This document shows positions 1 to 38,546 of a stretch of DNA of 38,546 nt, in pieces. The first letter of the stretch is position 1; each line of letters opens with the position of its first letter. The stretch comes from Tubiluchus corallicola (lineage: Eukaryota > Animalia > Priapulida), in assembly GCA_030141605.1 (NCBI GenBank), contig JAQGDQ010001335.1, forward strand, positions 1 through 38,546, read 5' to 3'. The notes below the pieces were generated by a model. It saw only the letters and a list, made by a program, of their open reading frames with translations, searched no databases and was not told the DNA's origin. A program made the translations under genes and the position numbers.

Positions 1-609
1 AATGTTAGGATTAAGTGGCAAAAATGTGACATTTTTGCATGAACAACAGGTAAGCTGCAGAAGTTTGAATTAGTTTAAGCAGCACGTGCTTATGGAAAGC
101 CACGATGCGCTTACGTAAAGTCACAAGATCCACCAGGTGCGTCATGATTTCATGCAAATGTGGCTACTTCCGCACCTGAAAATTTCTATACAACGGTAGT
201 ATCAATTAACTTTATGCTTTGTAGACATTTTTATGCAAGTTTAAGTGATAATAGTTAAACAAACCCAACACGCTAAGCGACTTATCTTTAAAATTAAAAA
301 TGAATACCAAATTTGAAATGAAGGAGCTCAAAAATCATTCTCTAATATTGGTAAGTCATTGGCTCGTGACCACCTGGGTTCAATACTGGCCCTGGGCGGT
401 TTCATATGCCGTGCTGATACTGGCTATTCACCTCATCAAGAACATATTATATATATATATATGAGTATGGCTGGAACACTTTTATCAATTCAGTGACTCA
501 TTAAGATTAGCCTTGAAAAGCCAGTCTCCAGTCTTGCCACAAGCGCCCAGTACAAATGATTCTAGGTAATGCAAGTATTAGTGGCGGCTTGTGTATAGGT
601 ACTGCGGAA

Positions 610-830
610 CACCCTTTATTTTCACTCATTATTATCAATAATGTTCAATATAAGTCTTTTTTCTTTAGTTCTTTCCATACACGTGTAAAGAACCGGAGCA
701 AGTGAGGGTAGTACTGTTTGCTTCACAGTCCAACACAGTGCGCTCACAGCTCATGTGCACATGTCTGAGATAACACGCTGTAAGTTAGCATCTGCTGCTA
801 GGTAGACAAAGTACTGTCTCTACCACAGTA
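610..830 (+). mobile_element. Unclassified interspersed repeat; second copy inverted at about 32540-32755
   Basis: Shared blocks TTTTCACTCATTATTATC, TGAGGGTAGTAC, TTTGCTTCACAG and CACATGTCTGAGATAA in the same order. Confidence 0.65.
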
Positions 831-1199
831 ACAATTGCCACGTGCTTACGGTGTATATTCTTGTCATATTCTTGGATGCGATAGAGTGTAAACTTAGCGC
901 GTGTGCTTAAATCATAAATTATATAATAATGGACGTTTTACATCCCCAAGAAATAAGTTCAGTGACTGTAAGTGAATAGCTTAATTTCTCACAGTTGTCT
1001 CTCCCTGAGAAAGTTACAGTTAAGAAAAGATGACATTCAACATCTGATCTTCAAATGTAACTACAACATTAAAATTACATATGTTTGTTATGTTTTGCAC
1101 AGTATTAAACCATTGTATAAACATTTTCTGAAGCAGCACCCCCAATAATTTTAGCTTCGAGCCGCCCACTGGCAAGTATGCTATAAACTCTATACTCAC

Positions 1200-28400
<27,201 letters not shown>

Positions 28401-28685
28401 AATGATGAAGAGATTTTTGAAGAATTACAGGTACAGGTGTTCATTCCAGAAAGACTCCAGATAAATTTGTGAATTTAACAGCTGCAAACTCTGAAAAGTG
28501 GTAACGAGTTACATTTTGAATTTTTTTTTATTTATTTGTTATTATTATCACATTCAGTACAATATAATGACATTAAGCACACAGTGACATCAAAATTTTT
28601 ACATAACACTGTATGAAATTGTTATGTTTCATACACTATCGTTATCATAAAAGAATAATTGTACTGCAGTTGGCTAGAGAAGCAA

Positions 28686-28793
28686 AGGCTTGTATAAGCC
28701 CACTGTCATGTGAACCAGGCTTGTGTAAGCCCACTGTCATGTGAACCAGGCTTGTGTAAGCCCACTGTCATGTGAACCAGGCTTGTGTAAGCC
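28686..28793. repeat. 31-bp tandem repeat, about 3.5 copies
   Basis: AGGCTTGTGTAAGCCCACTGTCATGTGAACC. Confidence 0.9.
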
Positions 28794-29117
28794 CAAAGAA
28801 CCCTGGTGTAGTCCAAAGAAAAGCGGAGCTAGACGTTTGGCACCAGGTTGGCTACAGGAGCTGCCGGAGTCAGTGAACATGCTGCACTGGTCCGCCTTCG
28901 AGGCTCCACTCCTGATTTGGAAGGTTTACTTCTCTACACATGGCCATTGGGTCACTTGACCTCCTCCGCCCTCTAGCCGTTGGCTGTTTGTGCAGCCCCT
29001 CCGCCTAGTGACGAGATACAGTGTGGGCATGCCGCCAGCCTACAGCACCTGGTATTCCTAGGCGGTCACCCATACAAGCACTAACCAGGCTCCACGTTAC
29101 TTAACTTGGGTGATCAG
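28794..29117 (-). mobile_element. 5S rRNA-headed SINE (SINE3-like) or 5S pseudogene fused to a GC-rich body
   Basis: Reverse complement of 29037-29117 is CTGATCACCCAAGTTAAGTAACGTGGAGCCTGGTTAGTGCTTGTATGGGTGACCGCCTAGGAATACCAGGTGCTGTAGGCT, the 3' two-thirds of 5S rRNA with A/IE/C boxes. No oligo-T terminator follows, and it runs into about 240 bp of GC-rich sequence. Confidence 0.8.
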
Positions 29118-31061
29118 AAACAGAAAAATGATAGCTAAAATGGTGTGATAAAATATTGTCAGTATCTTTAAGATTCCAGAAAACCGTGATCCAGAAATCC
29201 ACATAAAATAAGCGTTTGTGAAATAATTTAAAATTTTGATCAATTTAGTATTGACAAACTGATATATGTAAGTATACAACTAATAACTGCTAATTAAATT
29301 ATTAATCACAAAGGGATACTATTACCCTTGAAGCGATTTTAATGTCAGACAATGCTTTTTGCAATGACAAGAAGCCTTTCCTACCATTCACTGAGACCTT
29401 ATAAAGTTTTTGGCTTGTTGATGGTCAGAGATTTCTAAAATCGAGTGTTTGAGTTCTCTGTAATGAAATTTCAAAGTAGTATTATACGGGTACTTTTTAG
29501 ATATCATGAAATTACCTACAAATGTCCCAAAATATCCTTATTTGCAGAAAATGCATTGCCCAACCCAACTAGGCATGCTTAAAGCGGTCCTTCCCCCTAC
29601 CTGCAACTTCGTCACTACCTGGGATTGCAAGCTGCCCCAGGAATGCCGTTTCATTTTGGAAGCCACAGCATTTCTGGCTTGCATCGGTCAAAGTTTCACA
29701 AAGAACCGCCATGTTTCACAAATATGTGAAAATAGCAGTTATCACTAATTCTTGAAATTAAACTATCTACAACATGCAGTTAAACTGTAAACAGTAATAC
29801 AGTTGCAGTCATGGTCAATCACATCATAAATAACACAATTTTTACGTACAATTGCTGCTTTTCCAGGCAAGTAGGAACACAACATGAGAAATCTCAAACT
29901 CCTCAAAACAGTACACAGAGTCAGTAAACTCAGTAACTCATAACGACCACTACAGGAACCAAGTGGAGCCCAAAGTCAAGTTGATTCAGAACACAAAAAT
30001 AGACAGAGTGTGGGGTGGCGCCACTGTGATAGTTTGGTGTTAACATATGACATACGCTGTCGAAACTATCGTCTGCGCTTAAAACGCCATGTTGATTCCT
30101 AAATTCTGTCTCTTCTATGTATTTTAAAACTTCATTTATGAAGTGCTTTCTTGTGTGTGACTATAAAGAAACCAAGACAAACACACTTATTTACAGTCGC
30201 TGTAATGACAACGGAAAATTGATGATTAAAGGCATCGAAAATTGAAAAGCAGTTATTACATTATAGAGAGTCCAATTTTGGAGCGGATTCGGTCTGAATA
30301 CTTGACATCCTGGGCAATACAAGTTTTGATAGCTGAAGCCCAGACCGTACCAAATTTTCTAAAACAGATAATGTTGCATTTAGAGATATTATTACGAATA
30401 TTGAACGAACCGTACGGTTTAATAGCTCAATAGCACAATGAAATTGTGGTGAAGCTGCAAAATTGTTACTGTTAAAACGAGAAGCCACACTCTTGCTTAA
30501 TGATTTCACAGGTATTATATCGGCATCTTTCGAAAAAAATCAAGCAAATTTTGAGCGAACTTTATTAAGTATATTAAAGTTTATTAAAAACTCTTGTAAA
30601 TTGAAGGTTCAATTACATACATTCATTAAGATACGGGGTTCAAATTACAATTAAAATACACTACATTAAAACGACTTTACTGGAACAACTTTATGAAACT
30701 AAGGCTCGAACAACAGTAATTCTTATGGAGTATATCTTATCCGATCCTTTATGCACTGAGATTTACAAGTGGATAAAAATGTATCAGATAAAAAACATAA
30801 TTATTGTCAACCTGTCCATCTGTTATAATGAAAGTCTTTGCTGTCACACCATTGATGTATGAGTTTGTATTTTTAGTGGATAGATGGCGCTAGCAGGTCG
30901 AGAGCGGTGAACAATAATCAACAGATAGTCGAATATATGTGTGAACAAATTTTTTAAAATACAAGTAATGACTACTGTATTTACAAAATCCATTGCTTTA
31001 TCGTATTTGTATTTTACTTTTTAATACGAAGTTAAAACAATTGATTCTGCCAAAATGTGAC

Positions 31062-31331
31062 TGTAGCAGAATTAGCTTTCTTTTTGTTAATCTTACTTAT
31101 CGTGCACGAGGCGCCATCTGTGACGTGAATGTAAAGCTTTTGGTTTTGGCCAGCTTTTCTGTTTGTTACCTGCTAGTCACCTGTCTGTGTTTACACACCT
31201 GTGCTCTGAACAGTCAGGTTAAACCACTTTATGGGAGCAGTTGGACATTTATGTTATACTGGACATACTGATTATGTTAATAAAGCATTCAGTGGTATTA
31301 ACCTCTGTTTACAGTGTTTTCTGTGATTACA
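31062..31331 (+). mobile_element. Solo LTR, family B (270 bp), 61 nt downstream of the lectin stop codon
   Basis: TGTA...TACA termini; perfect TSD GTGAC (31057-31061 / 31332-31336); GCGCCATCT motif; AATAAA near 31279. Confidence 0.78.
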
Positions 31332-31392
31332 GTGACAGCTGCACAGTGCACGCACAGGTACAAACAGGTGCAGTTCATGAACAATAAGGACA

Positions 31393-31661
31393 TTAAGTTG
31401 CTGTTGTGGAAGGTTCATTGCGATCTACTCCAAACTGAATTTCTGCAGTTGATTCACAAATAAACCGAAACTCTATTGAGCAAGGAACATCATGCCACTT
31501 GGGTTCCGTTCCATAGAAAGCCACGCAAGCCTCACCAGTACCAGCATTGTCTGGTTGGTAAGTGGACCAATCAGCAAAGATTGCCGGATGTCCATTGGCA
31601 AACCATCTCCAATTTCCCTCATCGTGGATGTCTGTTAAGCCAATGTAGAATGTTGCACTAT
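31393..31661 (-). CDS. C-type lectin coding exon 3 (Ca2+/sugar-binding half of CTLD, stop codon)
   Basis: ttttacag| SATFYIGLTDIHDEGNWRWFANGHPAIFADWSTYQPDNAGTGEACVAFYGTEPKWHDVPCSIEFRFICESTAEIQFGVDRNEPSTTAT*. Confidence 0.95.
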
Positions 31662-34474
31662 CTGTAAAAGACCACAGCAGTTATAATTTTAAGGTTTGCT
31701 CGTTATGAACTGTAAATCTCAGATACTTGACAAGGAATGGTTGCAGATATAGAAGTGTTGTATTGAAACTTTAAAACTCAACAGACAAAGTTATAGGAAA
31801 AACCAAGTACCTTGGAAAGTTGAGCTTATTTTAATATTTGAGAAAGATGTTATAACGTTTTGGCAGCAAGATTGTGATAAGCGTCTCACACAATTAGTGA
31901 AGTTTAGCTTATTTTAATATTTGAGAAAAGAGTTATAAAGTTTTGGCAATAAGACTGTAATAAGCGCCTCATGTAATTAGTAAAACAAATTTAAAGTCAA
32001 GATCACATTTTGAAGAAAAAATGACGTCACCGGATACAGTCAAATATAAACGCTTAGCTACCAGGTGCTTGAGGAAACTTTTTTGCAGCTGCAGTTACGA
32101 ATATAGACTACAAACAATTCAAAACGTTAAGCGAGGGTTTATTAAATGATATGTTTTGCTTTTTGTTGAATCTCGTTCGATGTTATGAAATAAAAATCAG
32201 TTATCAGTTTTAATTATTGAGTAACTTTATTACTAATTTTGAGTAAAATGCACAAACAATGGTGCTCGTAGGTAAAATTAGTGGGGGCGCTGCAAAATTA
32301 AAAAATTTTCAGGCATTGTTTTAGTACTGTTTAGTAATTTTAAACCGAAACAAACACATGTAATTTTAGTGTTGTAATTGCAATTTTTTACTAATAAACA
32401 AATGCTACACATAAACTTGATAAACTCCTAAACAAAACATATTGTTTGCTTACGAATAGCCTAAATTGTCGATGTTCAAGAATTTGCCGATACACGGCTT
32501 TTAAACACGTGACAACTGAGAACACGTACTGCAGTGAGCGACAGTACTCTTTCTACCTAAAGTACAGCGTCTTATCTCAGACATGTGTGCACGGACGCAC
32601 GCGCACAACAGCCAAACACCACACTGCTTGGGGCTGTGAAGCAAATTGTACTACCCTCATGTGCTCCAGTTCCGTACAAGTATAAAGAAAGAACTCAAGA
32701 CGAAAGACTTATTATATTGAATGTTATCGATAATAATGAGTGAAAAAAGGGTGCTGTCGGAAAATCTGCTTTAAACCAAGCCTGGCTTCTTTGGTGGCCT
32801 TTCTATATTATTTAGTTCGTGTGGCTTCGTTCAAGCATGTGTAACCATGCATTCAGTTAACCTTGCCTATAAAAAGGAAGTGTCACCGCTGATCGGTGAC
32901 CACCTATCAGTAGGTACCACAAAAGGGTGGGCCCTTTTTTCTTGTTTTTTATATAGGCCTATATATGAGATTATTCATTTAAAGTGCTGTGAATTATGTG
33001 ATGATTTTTCTTATGATTTGTAACTTAATTTGAAATGTAAAGTGTAACAGTAAAATTTGAATTTTGTTAATAAAGTGTATTATTAGTGTGGCCACAATTT
33101 ATACAAATCGTTCGTCATGTTTCTCTAATGACTATTTTTGACTGGATTATTTTCACAGCACAATTATTGCAAAATCACAGGTAAGAGCAAATCAATCAAT
33201 ACCCACTAAGGTTTAAGATTAATGCAATCTTTCTGATTGCAATAAATTAGACATAAATTAGTGTTAACAGTGCACGATCAGGACAGGCTCTCTCCCTCTC
33301 TTTAACAGTACACGATCAGGACAGGCTCTCTCCCTCTCTTTAACAGTGCACGATCAGGACAGGCTCTCTCCCTCTCTTTAACAGTGCACGATCAGGACAG
33401 GCTCTCTCCCTCTCTTTAACAGTGCACGATCAGGACAGGCTCTCTCCCTCTCTTTAACAGGCACGTCAGGACGGCTCTCCTCTCTTTACAGTGCACGATC
33501 AGGCAGGCTCTCTCCTCTCTTTAACAGTGCACGATCAGGACGGCTCTCTCCCTCTCTTTAACAGTGCACGATCAGGACAGGCTCTCTCTCTTTAACAGTG
33601 CACGATCAGGACAGGCTCTCTCTCTCTCTTTAACAGTGCACGATCAGGACAGGCTCTCTCTCCTCTCTTTAACAGTGCACGATCAGGACAGGCTCTCTCC
33701 CTCTCTTTAACAGTGCACGATCAGGACAGGCTCTCTCCCTCTCTTTAACAGTGCATGATCAGGACAGGCTCTCTCTTTAACAGTGCACGACCAGGACAGG
33801 CTCTCTCCCTCTCTTTAACATCACGATCAGGACAGGCTCTCTCCCTCTCTTTAACAGTGCACGATCAGGACAGGCTCTCTCCCTCTCTTTAACAGTGCAC
33901 GATCAGGACAGGCTCTCTCCCTCTCTTTAACAGTGCACGATCAGGACAGGCTCTCTCCCTCTCTTTAACAGTGCACGATCAGGACAGGCTCTCTCCCTCT
34001 CTTTAACAGTGCACGATCAGGACAGGCTCCCTCCCTCTCTTTAATAAAGCTATTTGGCATCAAATTCAATTTTTCGATAAGCGCTGCAGTTCCACAGTGG
34101 CGCCACTGTGCACAAAGCAGTTAACTCACCATATTCCGTTCTGATACGATCCGCCAGGAACTGATTTTCCTCGGTCGTTTCTATGGCGACCATTTCTGCA
34201 CCAATCATCTTACAGTCCATAAATGCTTCCCAAGCAGACTTTTCTGTTTCGCTGAATTGGTAACAGTGACCGTTAAAGTATTCTCCGCCATTTCTGCATC
34301 CGTTACTTGCAGCCACGTCTGAAATTCCTGTCCCGCTTGATAATAAAGTCAGTACCTAAACAGCAAAATTAAGAAACTCAAAGCCAACAGTATGAACTAA
34401 CACTGATTGTCTGTCTTTTATTATGATGGTCAATGTTTTCAAAAAGGCAAATAAAGATTTTACTACCACTACCG

Positions 34475-34559
<85 letters not shown>

Positions 34560-34859
34560 CACTACCACTACCACTACCACTACCACTACCACTACCACTA
34601 CCACTACCACTACCACTACCACTACCACTACCACTACCACTACCACTACCACTACCACTACCACTACCACTACCACTACCACTACCACTACTACTAATTA
34701 AAGCACGGCACTGTGACATTTTACCTGGCAAACGTTATAACAGTTGTGGTTACTCAGCGGAAGTGGATTTGGTCTTTCACTGGGACGGTAACTAAAGACC
34801 GCACCATTTGTTACTCCACTCACAGTTAAAACCATCCAGAGTAGCAATCCTGATCCCAT
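31393..34859 (-). CDS. Secreted single-domain C-type lectin (perlucin-like architecture), 3 coding exons, 209 aa
   Basis: Exons 34725-34859, 34130-34355 and 31393-31661 are GT-AG and phase-compatible. Signal peptide MGSGLLLWMVLTVSGVTNG; long-form CTLD cysteines (GC..GHCY..DC..AC..PC..FICE); FYIGL, QPDN and WHD motifs; TAA at 31393-31395. Confidence 0.93.
32540..32755 (-). mobile_element. Unclassified interspersed repeat, inverted copy of 610-830
   Basis: Reverse complement aligns by eye to 610-830. Confidence 0.65.
33263..34043. repeat. 38-bp minisatellite, about 21 copies, in lectin intron 2
   Basis: TTAACAGTGCACGATCAGGACAGGCTCTCTCCCTCTCT. Confidence 0.96.
34130..34355 (-). CDS. C-type lectin coding exon 2 (N-terminal half of CTLD)
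   Basis: tgtttag| VLTLLSSGTGISDVAASNGCRNGGEYFNGHCYQFSETEKSAWEAFMDCKMIGAEMVAIETTEENQFLADRIRTEY |gtgagt. Confidence 0.93.
34460..34696. repeat. Compound (CTA)n-(CTACCA)n microsatellite in lectin intron 1
   Basis: Direct inspection. Confidence 0.96.
34725..34859 (-). CDS. C-type lectin coding exon 1 (signal peptide and N-terminal extension)
   Basis: MGSGLLLWMVLTVSGVTNGAVFSYRPSERPNPLPLSNHNCYNVCQ then |gtaaaa; an acceptor lies 2 nt upstream of the ATG. Confidence 0.82.
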
Positions 34860-34928
34860 GTCTTGAACAAAAACAAGAGATTGCCATGTAATTTTTGAAG
34901 TACATTACATTTTTGTCCTCACCACTCA

Positions 34929-35381
34929 TTGTTATCATTATCAAGACTGTTTTGCTATTGTCGTCATAGTAACAGAGCAAGCATTTCAATATTACTAACT
35001 TTGTTATCATTGCCTCTCTGTTTTGCCATTGTCGTCATAGTAACAGAGCAAGCATTTCAATATTACTAGCTTTGTTATCATTGCCAAGACTGTTTTGCCA
35101 TTGTCGTCATAGTAACAGAACAAGCATTTCAATATTACTAGCTTTGTTATCATTGCCAAGACTGTTTTGCCATTGTCGTCATAGTAACAGAGCAAACATT
35201 TCAATATTACTAGCTTTGTTATCATTGCCAAGACTGTTTTGCCATTGTCGTCATAGTAACAGAGCAAACATTTCAATATTACTAGCTTTGTTATCATTGC
35301 CAAGACTGTTTTGCCATTGTCGTCATAGTAACAGAGCAAGCATTTCAATATTACTAGCTTTGTTATCATTGCCAAGACTGT
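34929..35381. repeat. 63-bp minisatellite, about 7 copies
   Basis: TTGTTATCATTGCCAAGACTGTTTTGCCATTGTCGTCATAGTAACAGAGCAAGCATTTCAATATTACTAGC-type unit. Confidence 0.94.
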
Positions 35382-35689
35382 TATAGGCAGAGTCTATTAT
35401 ACACTAATTAAGTAGTTAACAGAACTCAAATAGGTAATGGCCAATGATTGGCTTGTAAATTATGTGCAAATTAAGCACGTGCAGCCACCTATTGAACTGA
35501 AAGAAAAAGTATTACAAAATAAATTTCATTTTTCAAACGGTGATTATACTTTGTTATTCTGGTGCATTATGTGTAAGATCTCAGTCCCTAAATAAAGACC
35601 TTCGCTTTTTCTACATCCATAAACGTTATTAAAGTTGATTTTATTTTGCCGCTGGCATAGTTTTGCAAGGCCTGTATGTGAATGTACAT

Positions 35690-36082
35690 TAGGGGTGAGC
35701 ATTCTCTACCAGAAAGCGAATTTGAATCGAACCAAATGTGTGACTTTCGAATTCGAATTCGAACTTCAGTGTTTCGAATTCGAACCGAATTCAAATTGAG
35801 ATCGAAAGATTTTCGAGCAAGTTTTGGAACCACCAGTAAAAATTAGTCTTACAAAGATCATGCATATCACTAGATTTTGTTCTGCAATAAAACGACTAGT
35901 TATTTCTTTAAAACTTAGAAATCACTGCTAAATTATGCTAATTGCATGATGTTTCAATCGTTTTAGTGGTAAAGAACATATGTGATTGAAGTGCTGAATT
36001 ATTCGAATCTATAGTTTTGGATTCTAATCGAGTTCGAACTAAAAAAACTCGTTCGAACTCGAACGTTCGATGCTCACCACTA
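35690..36082. mobile_element. hAT MITE with TTCGAA subterminal repeats
   Basis: TIRs TAGGGGTGAGCAT / ATGCTCACCACTA; 8-bp TSD ATGTACAT / CTGTACAT. Confidence 0.88.
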
Positions 36083-36405
36083 CTGTACATTACTATTCAC
36101 TGGACTATTTTAAATCTGTGAGCAATCAAATTGCTAAATTCTTAATGCAGGTAAATCATATTATGAGCAGGTTTAACTTACTGCAAAATTAATAAATTCC
36201 AAATGAAATTCGTTTATAAGTTACAATAGTGACACAGTTCATGATTGCAGTCATATTGTATGTTGCTGGACTATTTGTACACTGAGTTTTTAAACTGTTT
36301 GTACTGGATTTACACGTGTAAGAAAACTATTCTTGCAATAAGGACATTTTTGTAAATAATTTTCTCAAATAAAGAATTATGCTAATAACAATAGTTCATT
36401 TTTTA

Positions 36406-36470
36406 CATAGACATAGACATAGACATAGACATAGACATAGACATAGACATAGACATAGACATAAACATAG
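36406..36470. repeat. (ATAGAC)n microsatellite, probable tail of a minus-strand retroelement 3' end
   Basis: On the minus strand, a stem-loop (GGGCAGG...CCTGCCC, 36542-36580) and AATAAA precede the repeat. Confidence 0.8.
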
Positions 36471-37062
36471 AACATTTATTTTCTCCAATTAGTTTAACAT
36501 CAAAAGTTTTTTAAATATTAAGTAATTATAATCATGAAACAGGGCAGGGAAGGACCATAGGGTTATCTAGTCTCCTGCCCTTACTTATAAATAGATTAGT
36601 CATATTAAAAATTAACGGTGATGCTGCAGATAACAAAAACAAAAACAAATAAGAAAATAATAATAAGAAAAACAGTATAAATGATACAAATTATTTAAAA
36701 AGAACAAATCATCCAAAAAGACGACTTGTACCTACCTAAAACTGTCCACACAATGCCAAGTAAGAACGTGGATGGGAGATTCTGATTAATACTGCATAAT
36801 AATTACGTTATCCACACATTTGTAAATTATCATAAAGTTGTAAACAGTCAACAGTGTAGATCTTTTCTGTGTTCGTCTAAGACGCAGTACTACACAGGCT
36901 GAAGCCACTAAATCCCCTCCAAGGCTATTTGAACAAATACTAACAATCGGGCCTGACCATATTCAGCTGTTACGGTCAGTTTGTTAATAACAGTAGTCTA
37001 GATCCTAAGTATTGCTACCTGAGGCTGTAACGGCTATTGCTTTATACTAGTCGCAATCGTGT

Positions 37063-37093
<31 letters not shown>

Positions 37094-37289
37094 TTAATTA
37101 TAGGGAATAGCTGTAAACATGTTTGATTTTATTGGTCGTTACTTTCCATTACTGCACAGTAGTTTAGATTGCGCTGACGCATTTGCCTTTAGCAGTGTAA
37201 GTTTTTATTAACTAACACTGATTGATCATCTCTGTAAAGTTTTTATCAGTGATTATCAATGTATTTTAATGGCAAACAAAGGTTATTAT

Positions 37290-38010
37290 ATATATTGATA
37301 TTATATATTATGTTGTGTTATGTTGTCTTGTCTTGTCTGGTCTGGTCTGGTCTGGTCTGGTCTGGTCTGGTCTGGTCTGGTCTGGTCTGGTCTGGTCTGG
37401 TCTGGTCTGGTCTGGTCTGGTCTGGTCTGGTCTGGTCTGGTCTGGTCTGGTCTGGTCTGGTCTGGTCTGGTCTGGTCTGGTCTGGTCTGTCTGTCTGGTC
37501 TGGTCTGGTCTGGTCTGGTCCTGGTCTGGTCTGGTCTGGTCTGGTCGGTCTGGTCTGGTCTGGTCTGGTCTGGTCTGGTCTGGTCTGGTCTGGTCTGGTC
37601 TGGTCTGGTCTGGTCTGGTCTGGTCTGGTCTGGTCTGGTCTGGTCTGGTCTGGTCTGGTCTGGTCTGGTCTGGTCTGGTCTGGTCTGGTCTGGTATTGTA
37701 TTGTATTGTATTGTATTGTATTGTATTATATTATATTATATTATATTATATTATATTATATTATATTATATTATATTATATTATATTATATTATATTATA
37801 TTATATTATATTATATTATATTATATTATATTATATTATATTATATTATAATATATTATATTATATTATATTATATTATATTATATTATATTATATTATA
37901 TTATATTATATTATATTATATTATATTATATTATATTACATTACATTACATTACATTACATTACATTATATTATATTATATTATATTACATTATATTATG
38001 TTATATTACA
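37290..38010. repeat. Compound pentanucleotide microsatellite (TCTGG)n-(TATTG)n-(TATTA)n-(CATTA)n
   Basis: Direct inspection. Confidence 0.97.
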
Positions 38011-38209
38011 CACACATATCTATAATGTAATAATGTAATATATATATATAACTGGCTTCAAACATGCAGGCTTCATTGCTACAGCGTTCAACTTCTCACA
38101 CAAGATATCATACTGTATTCACCTTGTCACTTTTGCTTGACAAACAACATTCATTGAACTTATAGTGAGTTTGCAGGTCGCTTGTATCCTAAAACGTAAA
38201 TATGATTTT

Positions 38210-38546
38210 TGTTCATATATTTTATGTAGTTGTAGTTTATGTAGTTCATATATTTTATGTAGTTGTAGTTTATTTAGTTCATATATTTTATGTAGTTGTA
38301 ATTTATGTAGTTCATATAGTTTATGTAGTTGTAGTTTATGTAGTTCATATATTTTATGTTGTTGTAGTTTATGTAGTTCATATATTTTCTGTAGTTGTAG
38401 TTTATGTAGTTCATATATTTTATGTAGTTGTAGTTTATGTAGTTCATATATTTTATGTAGTTGTAGTTTATCTAGTTCATATATTTTATGTAGTTGTATT
38501 TTATGTAGTTGTAGTTTATGTAGTTCATATATTTTATGTAGTTGTA
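38210..38546. repeat. About 34-bp minisatellite running off the window end
   Basis: TTTATGTAGTTGTAGTTTATGTAGTTCATATATT. Confidence 0.94.

Noticed and set aside
1-1197. Remaining C-terminal FAAH exons
   Set aside because: No phase-compatible exon with the expected motifs was found; they are presumed to lie outside the window.
29037-29117. Functional 5S rRNA gene
   Set aside because: It lacks the 5' third and an oligo-T terminator, and carries substitutions.
30242-30654. Short ORFs as a possible transposase or LINE remnant
   Set aside because: No motif I can recognise with confidence; a translated profile search would be needed.
33263-34043. 38-bp unit resembling the LTR-internal repeat (CAGTGCA..GGACA..CTCTCTC)
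   Set aside because: No LTR termini or TSD flank it, and the similarity is short and low-complexity.

Overview
AT-rich, intron-rich eukaryotic genomic DNA, most likely from an invertebrate metazoan; the taxon cannot be fixed from the sequence alone. Almost every ORF in the supplied track is an artefact of tandem repeats. Reading the minus strand by hand gives two spliced genes. (1) A fatty-acid amide hydrolase (FAAH1-like, amidase-signature family) gene with 14 phase-compatible GT-AG coding exons from 28400 down to 1200 (483 codons), an intact Lys/cisSer/Ser catalytic triad, and a C-terminus that continues beyond the left edge of the window. (2) A complete 3-exon secreted C-type lectin gene (34859-31393, 209 aa, QPD/WHD motifs). 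Introns and intergenic DNA are filled with non-autonomous mobile elements and about 20 mini/microsatellite arrays. The elements are solo LTRs with perfect 5-bp TSDs, tRNA-headed and 5S-headed SINEs, Tc1/pogo-, hAT-, piggyBac- and Kolobok-like MITEs, and a Penelope-like fragment carrying a minimal hammerhead ribozyme. I see no new protein-coding system. The most unusual signals are two arrays built from FAAH's own 5' splice sites (13 and roughly 40 extra donor copies), arrays built from transposon termini, and a recurring pattern in which arrays amplify local sequence on one side and abut a truncated mobile element on the other.
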